Source: Chthonomonadales bacterium (lineage in GTDB: Bacteria; Armatimonadota; Chthonomonadetes; Chthonomonadales; CAJBBX01). Taken from it: a stretch of 53,420 nucleotides of DNA. Where the stretch lies: NCBI GenBank assembly GCA_046715155.1, contig JBKJZI010000213.1:1-53420 (forward strand), written 5' to 3'. A model generated the notes under the pieces. That model was not told the origin of the DNA, made no database searches, and saw only the letters and a list, made by a program, of their open reading frames with translations. Shown one piece after another: positions 1 through 9,664 of this stretch (its first letter is position 1; each line of letters starts with the position of its first letter). Made by a program: the position numbers and the translations under genes.

Positions 1-222
1 CCATGGGCGCATTCGCCGATCGGCCAAGCTGTGACCGGCTATTCTATGGAGTGACCAAACGTCTCAATCGAAAGTGGACAACCAAGAAGCCCCTTCCCGA
101 ATTTACACACAAGACTTGACACTACCTGGCATTTCACCGCTTAATCGGGTAACTGAAGCAGGACTCTGTACGCTGTTCCCGAAGTTTCTCCACAGACGAA
201 ACCCCTCACAAGGAGAAAGCCG

Positions 223-594
223 ATGAAGGCCCATTTTACGTTGGCCCCTATTTTGCTCCTAACTATCGCCGGGTGTACGCAGCCTGCCGCCGCGCCTGCC
301 GCCGCGAATCCGCCTGTCCCACCGAAGCCAAAATCCACATCCCCATATGCTCGTGACTACTACCAGAAGGTACGGGCAATGCCCATCAAAGAGTTCGCCG
401 AGCTGGTGAAACCCGGTACACCTATGAGCCAGGTGACCGACATTATGGGCCGCCCCACGACGTTCGGCGTCAGCACCGCGAGCAAATCCGGCACAGTGAC
501 TTTCAATCGTATGGACGGCGTGGTTAAAGTTCAGATCACCAACGAAAAGGTCACAAAAGTGGATATCGAACCGCTGAAGCCACCTACTCCCTAA
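223..594 (+). CDS. Small lipoprotein, SmpA/BamE-like fold possible
   Basis: AGGAG RBS upstream; hydrophobic signal ending in lipobox IAG-C; Pro/Ala linker; PGTPMSQVTDIMGRP resembles SmpA/OmlA-type G-M-x4-V-x3-LG-xP motif. Confidence 0.65.
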   Translation: MKAHFTLAPILLLTIAGCTQPAAAPAAANPPVPPKPKSTSPYARDYYQKVRAMPIKEFAELVKPGTPMSQVTDIMGRPTTFGVSTASKSGTVTFNRMDGVVKVQITNEKVTKVDIEPLKPPTP

Positions 595-1798
595 CTGCTA
601 CTAAGCAGCGGCATTTCGAGCTGCCGGTCGGTGAGCCATTCACAGCCGGAATCCGTGAGGCGCACCATTTCTTCAATCCCCAGGTAACCACGGCCTTCGA
701 CTATCACGCCAAGCTCGATCGTGTAAATCTGATCTTGTTCAACCGTCAAATACGGAGTTCGTCCGTAGCGCTCCCCATTTAGGACCGAGGATTCCGCCCC
801 CGTCATGCGCGACACGTCCGACCTGATGCCCGAGGGCGTTCATGTACTCCTGGTATCCGGCGTTCTGGATCGAGTCACGGGCAACAGCGTCCACCTGCCA
901 GCCCTCTACACCCGGCTCAAGGGCCGCTGCACCCGCCGTAATGGCGCCGTTGACGGCCCCAAGCGCCCGCACCACATCGACCGGGATCGTTTCCTCGTCT
1001 CGCCTCGGCACATACCAACACCGCTGTATGTCGGAGCTATACCCATCTTTTGTCACTCCAAGGTCGATGTGGAGGATGTGGCCCGGCGCGATTTTGATAT
1101 CTGACGATGGGATACCGTGTCCGATCATCGATTCCGGTCCTGAATTGACGATAGGGTCTCCGACCCTGTCCCACGCAAAACCCGGATTCCTTTCACCGAT
1201 CTTTGCGTGTACGTGGTCGTACACATCCCTCTCCGAGACTCCGACACGTGCGAAGCGACCGATGTCGTCGAAAAGTTCCTCCGTTACTGCTACTGCCGCC
1301 TGAATGCGCTCGATCTCGGCGGAAGTCTTACGTCCTCTCAGCGCAAGAACAATGTGTTCCGCGGATATCAGGGTCCCTTCGAATCGAGTGCCGCGAAGGT
1401 AATCCTCGAGAAGTATGTACATCCCGTGGGATATCCCGTCTGCTTTGACGTCATTCGGTGAGAAGTTGACGGCAATTTGGGGATTCTTGGTGTTGGCGCA
1501 TAGCCGTTCCAGCGCGGACAGGAGAGGCGCTCGAACGGATTGGACATAGGGGATGACCTCCGTCCAATCGCCGGAGGCTTCGAGCGGGCCCGCGTCGAAG
1601 TTCCCGACAACGGCGATTCGCCGGCCGTCCTCCCCCACCATCAACGCGCTCTGCCACGTAAGCGAGCCCGCCAGGATGAGCGGTAGGACGGGGTCTCCGC
1701 CATCGGACGTCTCGCGGTCGAACACAAGCCAAACGTTTGCGGATGAATCGCGCACGAGAGCTGCGGCCTGTTCCAGTTTGGGCCGTTATCGTGGACAC
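591..1798 (-). CDS. Xaa-Pro aminopeptidase family (M24) peptidase, split by two apparent +1 frameshifts (~1780, ~775)
   Basis: M24 motifs HIDLG...YSSDIQR, LGHQVGRVAHD in ORF 739..1755 and YTIELG...GIEEMV in ORF 591..815; removing one base at each site gives MSTITA-KLEQAAALVRD... and ...GPKWERYGRTP... Confidence 0.85.
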
Positions 1799-1892
1799 GC
1801 TGGGACCCGGAATCTAAACGACGGATTGCGCACTGTGAAATCCTCGAACTCTCAGTACATTCTATGCTCAAAAGGGCGAAATAGCGCTACGG

Positions 1893-1898
1893 TATACT
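1893..1898 (+). promoter_or_regulatory. -10 element TATACT, probably a leaderless promoter
   Basis: TATACT lies 6 nt before ATG 1905 and no SD is visible. Confidence 0.4.
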
Positions 1899-1904
1899 AG
1901 GCCT

Positions 1905-4900
1905 ATGCGGTGGGTAATTGCAGCTTTTGTTGGCAGTTTCACGGCGGTTTGTGCGGCCGCGCAGGTCGCCGGGCGAGTGCAGGCGCCGGACTTCAATCGC
2001 GAAGTCCGGCCCATCCTGGCGAATCACTGCTTCAAGTGCCACGGGCCGGACGACAAGCAACGGATGGCGGGACTGCGGCTGGACCAGCGCGAAGCGGCGG
2101 TCTCCCCCCTTAAGAGCGGCAAGCGTGCAATTGTACCGGCCAAGCCGGAATTCAGCGAACTGATTCGGCGTATCTTCTCAAGCGGTCCGCAGCAGATGCC
2201 CCCTGCCCACGCCAACAAACCTCTCTCGGAGTCACAGAAACAGACGCTCGAGCGATGGATTGCATCAGGCGCGGGATACGCACTACACTGGGCATTCGTG
2301 CCACCGAAACGCCCCAACATCCCGAATAGCGTAATACGAAAAACGAAAAACGAAAACCCAATAGACTCGTTCATTCTGGCGCGCCTGGAACGTGAAGGCT
2401 TGAGACCGTCCGCAGCGGCTGACCGGTATACGCTCGTTCGGCGGGTTTACCTCGATTTGATTGGACTGCCGCCTACGCCGGAGGAGGCGGACGAGTTTGT
2501 AAACGACTCGCGGCCGGACGCGTATGAACGGCTGGTCGATAAGCTCCTAGCTTCCCCTCACTATGGAGAGCGGTGGGCGCGCAAATGGTTGGACCTTGCG
2601 CGGTACGCAGATACCAATGGATTCGAGAAGGACCGCCCGCGCTCTATCTGGCCGTACCGCGATTGGGTCATCAATGCCCTCAACGCGGACATGCAGTTCG
2701 ACCAGTTCACCATCGAGCAAATTGCCGGAGACATGCTGCCGAATGCCACTCCACAGCACCTAATTGCGACCGGATTCCACCGCAATACGATGCTAAATGA
2801 AGAGGGCGGAATCGACCCGCTGGAGTACCGCTTTTATTCGGTCGTAGACCGCGTCTCCACCACCGGGACGTCCTGGCTGGGACTGACCGTCGGCTGCGCT
2901 CAGTGCCACACGCACAAATTCGACCCCATCACCCACCGCGAGTATTACCGGTTCATGGCGTTCCTCAATAACGCCGATGAGCCGGAGATGGAAATCGAGA
3001 AGCCCGAGATTACGGCGAAGCGCCGGGAGATCGAGGCAAAGGTCGCCGCACTGGAAGCGAGCCTGGCAGACAGGTTTCCGGCGCCTGATTCGTTCGTGTG
3101 GTCAGCTGCGAAAGTCGAGGCGGTTTCAACCGACAGCGGCGCTAGGGCCGAGACGCTGGACGACGGCTCGATCCTGCTCTCCGGGCGGAATCCGGAATCG
3201 GACACTTACACGGTCACGCTCGAAGTTGATTCAGCGCCGGTATTCGCGCTGCGTATCGAAGCGCTCACGCATGCTTCACTAGGCGGAAACGGTCCCGGCA
3301 GGACGCCGCACGGCAACTTCGTGCTCGGCGAGGTTACAGTTGCGGCTGCCCCAAAGAACGGCGGCGACCCACTTTCGTTGAAACTGACCCACCCCGAAAC
3401 GGATTTCGCGCAGGACGGATTCCCCGCCGCCAATGCGATCGACGGCAATCCAAAGACCGGCTGGGCGATTCACGGGCCGGGGCAGTGGAACGTCAATCGC
3501 AGACTGACCCTATCGTTAGAGAAGCCCGTACAGCTTGCTGGCGGTTCGCGCTGGACGGTCAAACTGGACCAGCAGCACGGCTCGCAGCATACGCTCGGGC
3601 GATTCCGGATTCTCCTAGGCAGTCGAATTGGTGAAGGCCCGTCAGTCGAAGCCAGGCGGAAGGAGCACCTCCGTCAGAAGTACGAAGCATGGCTGACGAA
3701 GGCGGAATCCGAGGCGGTCTCGTGGGTGCCGCTGCGCCCGGCCGCCGCGAAGGGCAGTCTACCGCTGCTCACGATCCTGGACGATAACTCGATCATCGCG
3801 AGCGGAGACCAGAGCAAGCGAGACACTTACGACATAAACTTCCGGGGCGGCGTGAATGGAACCACTGCTATTCGATTAGAGGTCTTGCCGGACAGTCGCC
3901 TGCCGAAGCACGGTCCCGGCCGAGTTTCCTATGAAGGGCCGATCGGCGATTTCTTTCTGAGCGAGGCAACCTTGACCTCAGGTGGCGCTCCGGTGAAGAT
4001 TGTGAAGTCCTCAGTCAGCTTTGGCGCCAGCGCAGCTGCCCTCATCGACGGCGATCCGCAGACCGGCTGGTCCATCAGCGGGGGCCAGGGAAAAGCGCAT
4101 ACGGCCGTATTCAACCTGGCCCAGCGGCTAGGGCGGGACTTCGACCTGCATCTGCTTTTCGAGCGCTATTATGCCGCCGGCCTGGGCCGATTCCGCGTGT
4201 CGGTGGCTGCGGATGCGAATGCGCCTGAAGCCGGCCCTCCGCCTGACGTGGAGGAGATTCTGCGAAATCGCGCCTCGCGCACAGAGGGGCAGAATCAGCG
4301 GTTGATGACCTACTTCCTGACGATAGCCTCCGAGCTGAAGGCCGAAAGGGACGAGATAGAAAAGATCCGCCGCCAGATCCCTCCGTATCCAACCACCCTC
4401 GTATTCGCGGAGCGACCGCCGGTCAATCCCCGCTCGACCTACATTCACCGCCGAGGCGAGTTCCTGCAGGCGAGAGAACCCGTCGATCCTGGCATACCTT
4501 CCTTCCTGAATCCATTGCCCGAGGGAGCGCCGCGGAATCGCCTTACTTTTGCGAAATGGCTGGTAGACCGGCGGAATCCACTAACGGCACGCGTGATCGT
4601 AAACCGCCAATGGGCGGCAATCTTCGGCCGCGGCATCGTCCGCACCCTTGAAGACTTCGGCTACCAGGGCGAGCCCCCTACCCACCCGGAGCTGCTCGAC
4701 TGGCTGGCAATTGAGTTCATGAATCCGGGGATCGGGAGTCAGGGGCCGGGAGTCGGCAACGGCCAGGCCCCGACTCCCGACCCCCGTCTCCCGACTCCCT
4801 GGTCGTTGAAGCGGCTGCACAAACTCATTGTGATGAGCGCGACTTACCGACAAAGCTCGCGAGTAACGCCGGAGCTGATGAAGAAGGATCCGCTGAACAG

Positions 4901-5525
4901 GCTGCTGGCACGCGGGCCGCGGCTCAGGCTGGAAGCGGAGGTGGTCAGAGATTCCGCCTTGACGGCCAGCGGGCTGCTCACCCGGAAGATTGGCGGGCCG
5001 AGCGTATTTCCGCCGCAGGAGCCCGGAATCACCACGCAGGGCGTTTACGGTCCGCTCGACTGGAAGGTCAGCCAAGGCGAGGACCGGTATCGGCGCGGTA
5101 TGTACACGTTCATGAAGCGTACTGCGCCATACGCCTCGTTCCTGACGTTTGACGGAATCAGCGGTGAGGCTTGTATCGCAAGGCGCGAAGTTTCGAATAC
5201 TCCTCTTCAGGCGCTGACTCTGCTGAATGATGCGGTATTCGTTGAGGCTGCCCAGGAGCTCGGGAAGTTGATCGGAGACCGGACCGATTCGGTAGAGAGT
5301 AAAGCGGTATATCTCTTCCGTCGGTGCCTGACAAGGCCGCCGTCGCCGGATGAACTGCGAAAACTGGTCGGCTTTTATCAGATGCAAAGAACTCGTTTTG
5401 AGACGGGCGAGCTCAAAGCGGCTGCAGTCGCCGCCCCTGGAAATGGAGAGGTGAATGAGCGCGCTGCATGGACGGCGCTTGCTCGCACCCTGCTGAATCT
5501 CGATGAGGGGGTAACTCGAGGATGA
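1905..5525 (+). CDS. Planctomycete-type cytochrome c protein (PSCyt1 + DUF1549/PSCyt2 + DUF1553/PSD1) with two internal discoidin-like domains
   Basis: Signal peptide; CFKCH and CAQCH heme motifs; YGERWARKWLDLARYADT, HPELLDWLA and SNTPLQALTLLND motifs; duplicated DGNPKTGWAI / DGDPQTGWSI domains. Confidence 0.92.
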   Translation: MRWVIAAFVGSFTAVCAAAQVAGRVQAPDFNREVRPILANHCFKCHGPDDKQRMAGLRLDQREAAVSPLKSGKRAIVPAKPEFSELIRRIFSSGPQQMPPAHANKPLSESQKQTLERWIASGAGYALHWAFVPPKRPNIPNSVIRKTKNENPIDSFILARLEREGLRPSAAADRYTLVRRVYLDLIGLPPTPEEADEFVNDSRPDAYERLVDKLLASPHYGERWARKWLDLARYADTNGFEKDRPRSIWPYRDWVINALNADMQFDQFTIEQIAGDMLPNATPQHLIATGFHRNTMLNEEGGIDPLEYRFYSVVDRVSTTGTSWLGLTVGCAQCHTHKFDPITHREYYRFMAFLNNADEPEMEIEKPEITAKRREIEAKVAALEASLADRFPAPDSFVWSAAKVEAVSTDSGARAETLDDGSILLSGRNPESDTYTVTLEVDSAPVFALRIEALTHASLGGNGPGRTPHGNFVLGEVTVAAAPKNGGDPLSLKLTHPETDFAQDGFPAANAIDGNPKTGWAIHGPGQWNVNRRLTLSLEKPVQLAGGSRWTVKLDQQHGSQHTLGRFRILLGSRIGEGPSVEARRKEHLRQKYEAWLTKAESEAVSWVPLRPAAAKGSLPLLTILDDNSIIASGDQSKRDTYDINFRGGVNGTTAIRLEVLPDSRLPKHGPGRVSYEGPIGDFFLSEATLTSGGAPVKIVKSSVSFGASAAALIDGDPQTGWSISGGQGKAHTAVFNLAQRLGRDFDLHLLFERYYAAGLGRFRVSVAADANAPEAGPPPDVEEILRNRASRTEGQNQRLMTYFLTIASELKAERDEIEKIRRQIPPYPTTLVFAERPPVNPRSTYIHRRGEFLQAREPVDPGIPSFLNPLPEGAPRNRLTFAKWLVDRRNPLTARVIVNRQWAAIFGRGIVRTLEDFGYQGEPPTHPELLDWLAIEFMNPGIGSQGPGVGNGQAPTPDPRLPTPWSLKRLHKLIVMSATYRQSSRVTPELMKKDPLNRLLARGPRLRLEAEVVRDSALTASGLLTRKIGGPSVFPPQEPGITTQGVYGPLDWKVSQGEDRYRRGMYTFMKRTAPYASFLTFDGISGEACIARREVSNTPLQALTLLNDAVFVEAAQELGKLIGDRTDSVESKAVYLFRRCLTRPPSPDELRKLVGFYQMQRTRFETGELKAAAVAAPGNGEVNERAAWTALARTLLNLDEGVTRG
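2336..2356 (+). repeat. (ACGAAAA)3 heptamer array inside CDS
   Basis: Three perfect units encoding RKTKNEN. Confidence 0.8.
4727..4799. repeat. Inverted heptamer arrays (GGGAGTC)n...(GACTCCC)n, in-frame insert in CDS
   Basis: ggggatc gggagtc aggggcc gggagtc ... gactccc gaccccc gtctccc gactccc; encodes GIGSQGPGVGNGQAPTPDPRLPTP. Confidence 0.85.
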
Positions 5526-6946
5526 TAGTGGGTATGAAATTGCGACCCTGGCTTGCTGCTTTGCTTCTGCTCCTGGTCGCCAATGGTCTCGCCAACGCGC
5601 AGGCAAGGAAGCCGAACATTGTCTTCATCCTCGCGGATGATCTCGGCTACACCGACCTCGGCTGCTACGGAAGTAAATTCTACGAGACCCCCAACATCGA
5701 CCGCCTCGCCATAGAGGGAATGCGGTTCACGAGCGGCTATACCTGTGGGCCGAACTGCACGCCCACTCGCGCTGCTCTGATGAGCGGCCAGTACGGTCCC
5801 CGGACCGGCGTGTACACGGTGGGCGGAATCGACCGGTTCAACTGGCGAAGCCGCCCGTTACGGCCGGTCGACAACGTGCAGGAGCTTCCCCTTACGAGAG
5901 TGACTGTGGCCCAGGCGCTCAAGGCGGCCGGTTATGCGACAGCCATGTTCGGTAAATGGCACCTAGGCCAGCAGGGCCCGCACCATCCGGGCAAACGCGG
6001 ATTCGACGAGGCTATCGTCTCGATGGGCAAACACTTCGACTTCGTGACCACGCCGAAGACCGATGATACCGCCGGCGCCTACCTGGCCGACTTTCTGACT
6101 GACAGAGCGGTGGACTTCATCCGTCGTAACCGTGACAGGCCCTTCTTCCTCTACCTTCCGCATTTCGCGGTGCACGCCCCACACGAGGCGAAGCCGGCGC
6201 TGGTCGAACGGTTCAAGAACAAACCGGCCGCAGAAGGACATCGAGACCCGACTTATGCGGCGATGATCGCCAGCCTCGATGAGAGCGTTGGCCGCGTTCT
6301 ATCTGCGCTGGAGGAGTTGAACCTCGCGGACAACACGCTCGTCATTTTCTCCAGCGACAACGGCGGTGTGGGGGGCTATGCCCGCGAAGGACTAAAGCGA
6401 GCAGGCGGCATTACGGACAACGCTCCCCTCCGCAGCGGCAAAGGCAGTCTCTACGAGGGCGGAATCAGAGTTCCCTACATCTTTCGCTGGAAAAATCGGA
6501 TTCCAAAGGGAACGAGTTGTGAAACGCCTATTAGCAGTGTGGACCTTTACCCCACCCTCCTTGACCTCGCGGCCGCGAAAACGCCTGACGGCGCGGTCTT
6601 AGACGGTGAGAGCTATCTTCCTTTGCTGACAAGCGGCGGCAAGACCGCGATGAAGCGAGAAGCGCTGTACTGGCATTTCCCCGGTTACCTCGGGGCAGGC
6701 CAGAACAGTTGGCGAACCACGCCCGTTGGAGTGATACGTTCAGGCGACTGGAAGCTGATGGAGTTCTACGAAGACGGCCGCCTCGAGCTCTACAACTTGC
6801 GAGACGACCTCAGCGAGCGCAGTAACCTGTCAGACAAAATGCCTGACAAGACGAAAGAACTCCGCTCCCGCCTCGCGAGATGGCGCGAGGAGATCAAAGC
6901 GCCTATGCCGACACGCAACACCGAGCGACCTGACCCACGGAATTAA
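5522..6946 (+). CDS. Secreted arylsulfatase A family (S1) sulfatase
   Basis: Signal peptide; PNIVFILADDLG; FGly motif CTPTRAALMSG; GKWHLG; SDNGG; GKGSLYEGGIRVP. Confidence 0.95.
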   Translation: MIVGMKLRPWLAALLLLLVANGLANAQARKPNIVFILADDLGYTDLGCYGSKFYETPNIDRLAIEGMRFTSGYTCGPNCTPTRAALMSGQYGPRTGVYTVGGIDRFNWRSRPLRPVDNVQELPLTRVTVAQALKAAGYATAMFGKWHLGQQGPHHPGKRGFDEAIVSMGKHFDFVTTPKTDDTAGAYLADFLTDRAVDFIRRNRDRPFFLYLPHFAVHAPHEAKPALVERFKNKPAAEGHRDPTYAAMIASLDESVGRVLSALEELNLADNTLVIFSSDNGGVGGYAREGLKRAGGITDNAPLRSGKGSLYEGGIRVPYIFRWKNRIPKGTSCETPISSVDLYPTLLDLAAAKTPDGAVLDGESYLPLLTSGGKTAMKREALYWHFPGYLGAGQNSWRTTPVGVIRSGDWKLMEFYEDGRLELYNLRDDLSERSNLSDKMPDKTKELRSRLARWREEIKAPMPTRNTERPDPRN

Positions 6947-6973
6947 TACGCACGCATTAAGAAAGTAAAGGCA

Positions 6974-8449
6974 ATGCCGCACGAATGTGAGATAGGTTCA
7001 AATCGATACGACGGAGAGCCGGTGGAAATCACCCGCCGTCACTTCTTCCGCGAGTGCGGCGTAGGCGTAGGCAAGATCGCTCTCGCCTCCCTCCTGGCCG
7101 ATTCCGTCGCCACACGCCCCGCGGTCGCCCAAATCCAAAATCCAAAATCCAAAATCCAAAATCCCCTCCCCCCTCACTTCACGCCAAAGGCGAAACGCGT
7201 CATCCACCTCTTCATGGCCGGCGCTCCCAGCCAGCTCGATCTCTTCGACTACAAGCCTGATCTAACGAAATACGAGGGAAAGCCGATTCCGCCCTCGGTG
7301 ATCAAGGGTCAGCGGTACGCCTTCATACGCTCCGACGCAGCGGTATTGGGACCGCGCTTCAAATTCAAGAAGCACGGTGAATCCGGCGCGGAACTCTCGG
7401 AAATGCTGCCGCACCTTGCCGGAATCGTCGACGACATCTGCCTCGTGAAGTCGGTACGGACGGACCAGTTCAACCATGCGCCGGCCCAGATTTTCTTCAA
7501 CACCGGATTCTCCCAGCCCGGGCGCCCCAGTATGGGCTCGTGGGTCACCTACGGCCTCGGCTCGGAGGCGAAAGACCTGCCGGGATTCGTCGTTATGTCG
7601 ACCGGCGCGGGAATCAGCGGCGGCGCGGCAAACTGGTCCAGCGGAATGCTACCGACGGTTTACTCCGGCGTTCGATTCCGTCACCAGGGAGACGCTATTC
7701 TGAACGTACGGAATCCGGCGGGAGTAGACGATAGACTGCAGCGCGATTCGATCAACCTGGTCGGCGACCTGAACCGGATGCGGCTGGAATCGGAAGGCGA
7801 CCCGGAGATCGAAGCCCGAATTGAGGCGTACGAGATGGCCTACCGGCTCCAGAGCTCAGCGCCGGATCTGATGGACCTCAAATCTGAATCTAAAGCAACG
7901 CTCGACATGTACGGAGTCGATCTGGAGAAGCCGTCCTTCGCGCGGGCTTGCCTCCTTGCGCGCCGGATGATCGAGCGCGGCGTTCGCTTCATCACCATCT
8001 ACAACGAAGGCTGGGATGCCCACTCGGATGTCTCCGGAAATCTAAAGAACAACTGCGGCGCGACAGACAAGGCTTCAGCCGCGCTCGTCAGAGACCTGAA
8101 GCAGCGCGGGCTCCTGGACGACACTCTCGTAATTTGGGGCGGCGAGTTCGGGCGCACGCCGATGGTGGAGACGAACACCGCGCTGGGCCGCAGCCTGGGC
8201 CGCGACCACCACCCGCAGGCCTACACCATGTGGCTCGCCGGCGGCGGAATCAAGCCCGGAATCAGCTACGGCAAAACCGACGACCTCGGCTTCAATGTAG
8301 TGGAGAATCCGGTCCACGTTCACGATCTGCAGGCTACGATTCTCCACCTCCTGGGCCTCGACCACGAGCGGTTAACGTATCACCATCAGGGCCGCGACTT
8401 CCGCCTCACGGACGTTCACGGCATGGTTGTAAAGGACATTCTCACTTAG
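6974..8449 (+). CDS. DUF1501 domain protein (Tat-exported)
   Basis: TRRHFF Tat motif; [24 protein letters not shown]; WDAH; GEFGRTP; GRDHH; RLTDVHG. Confidence 0.93.
   Translation: MPHECEIGSNRYDGEPVEITRRHFFRECGVGVGKIALASLLADSVATRPAVAQIQNPKSKIQNPLPPHFTPKAKRVIHLFMAGAPSQLDLFDYKPDLTKYEGKPIPPSVIKGQRYAFIRSDAAVLGPRFKFKKHGESGAELSEMLPHLAGIVDDICLVKSVRTDQFNHAPAQIFFNTGFSQPGRPSMGSWVTYGLGSEAKDLPGFVVMSTGAGISGGAANWSSGMLPTVYSGVRFRHQGDAILNVRNPAGVDDRLQRDSINLVGDLNRMRLESEGDPEIEARIEAYEMAYRLQSSAPDLMDLKSESKATLDMYGVDLEKPSFARACLLARRMIERGVRFITIYNEGWDAHSDVSGNLKNNCGATDKASAALVRDLKQRGLLDDTLVIWGGEFGRTPMVETNTALGRSLGRDHHPQAYTMWLAGGGIKPGISYGKTDDLGFNVVENPVHVHDLQATILHLLGLDHERLTYHHQGRDFRLTDVHGMVVKDILT
7130..7164 (+). repeat. (AAAATCC)5 heptamer array inside CDS
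   Basis: caaatcc plus 4 perfect units, encoding [12 protein letters not shown] just after the Tat signal. Confidence 0.9.
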
Positions 8450-8491
8450 ATTGGCGGAGGAGTACGGAACGCGAAGGCGTAAACTAACGCC

Positions 8492-9640
8492 ATGGTGATG
8501 TATGAAAGGATTCCCACGATGAGCGAACAGCGGACGTTCTCCCGGCGTGAAGTACTCTTAGGCAGTGCGGGCCTCGCCCTTCCTGTGCATTCTCCGGACG
8601 ACAAGCGGGACAAAAGATTCTTGCTGCCGGGACCGTACCGCGGCAAGGTAGTGGAGGTTCGCCGCGAGGACTCCGTCCAGAACGGCAAAATCAATCCGGC
8701 CGCCGTTCGCGCGATGATGGAACGGGGGATGCTCGACCTAACCGGCGCCAAAGATGAAACCGCAGCGTGGAAGCGGTTTTTCAAGCCGAGCGACGTCGTT
8801 GGAATCAAACCCTGTCTCGTGGGATTGCCGAGGGCCATCAGCCAGCATGAGACCACTCTCGAGATCATCCGCGGCCTCAACCTCGCCGGTGTACCGAACA
8901 AGAACATAATCATCATCAACCGCTACAAGGAAGAGCTGACCAACTGGAAATTCGACGCGGTAGCTCCCTCGGGAATCACGTTCGACTCGTCCGCTCCGGC
9001 CTACGACGACGTGCAGACTGACACGAAGGGCTACGACCTGACCCGCTTCGTGGAGTTCCCAAACGTAATGACTGGCATGGACCCGAACAACCCGGTCCAC
9101 CGCCGCTCGCACCTTTGCGACATCATCCCGAAGCTGGACAAGATCGTCAATATCTGCTGCCTGAAGGACCACGGTTCGGCGGGAATCACGATGGCCCTGA
9201 AGAACATGTCCCACGGATTCGTCAACAACGTGTGCCGCACCCACATCCCACCGGACAACTGGTGCGATCAGTTCATACCGAACATCGTCGCCATGCCCGA
9301 TATCCGCCGCCGCGCGGTCCTGCACATCGGCGATGCCCTTGTGGGTCTTTACAACGGCGGGCCGGGTGGCTACGTCAAGACTGTCTGGGATTACAAGGGG
9401 ATGTTCTTCGGCACTGATCCCGTCGCCATGGATCGCATAGGATGGCAGATCCTGGACAAGAAGCGAGTTCAAAGGGGCTTTCCCATCCTCTCCCAGACCG
9501 GCAAGAAGTTGATCGATCCGATTGGCAAGGAGGCGTTCGACTTCCGCCAGCCGGAGCATATTATGATCGGCGGCCGGATGGGGCTCGGCGAATCCGACCT
9601 CAAAAAGATCGATCACCGCGTCGTCGAGCTCCGCGCCTGA
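8492..9640 (+). CDS. DUF362 domain protein (Tat-exported, probable Fe-S binding)
   Basis: SRREVL Tat-like motif; DVVGIKP, LKDHGSAGITMALKN, DPVAMD, GLGESDLKKI; start may be 8519 (AAAGGA upstream). Confidence 0.85.
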   Translation: MVMYERIPTMSEQRTFSRREVLLGSAGLALPVHSPDDKRDKRFLLPGPYRGKVVEVRREDSVQNGKINPAAVRAMMERGMLDLTGAKDETAAWKRFFKPSDVVGIKPCLVGLPRAISQHETTLEIIRGLNLAGVPNKNIIIINRYKEELTNWKFDAVAPSGITFDSSAPAYDDVQTDTKGYDLTRFVEFPNVMTGMDPNNPVHRRSHLCDIIPKLDKIVNICCLKDHGSAGITMALKNMSHGFVNNVCRTHIPPDNWCDQFIPNIVAMPDIRRRAVLHIGDALVGLYNGGPGGYVKTVWDYKGMFFGTDPVAMDRIGWQILDKKRVQRGFPILSQTGKKLIDPIGKEAFDFRQPEHIMIGGRMGLGESDLKKIDHRVVELRA

Positions 9641-9664
9641 TTAAGCTCGTCGCGGCACTCCGAT

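Noticed and set aside
4581-5606. Long antisense ORFs (also 8738..9616, 43874..45154, 49639..50604, 21813..22733)
   Set aside because: Shadow frames of GC-rich genes with no motifs
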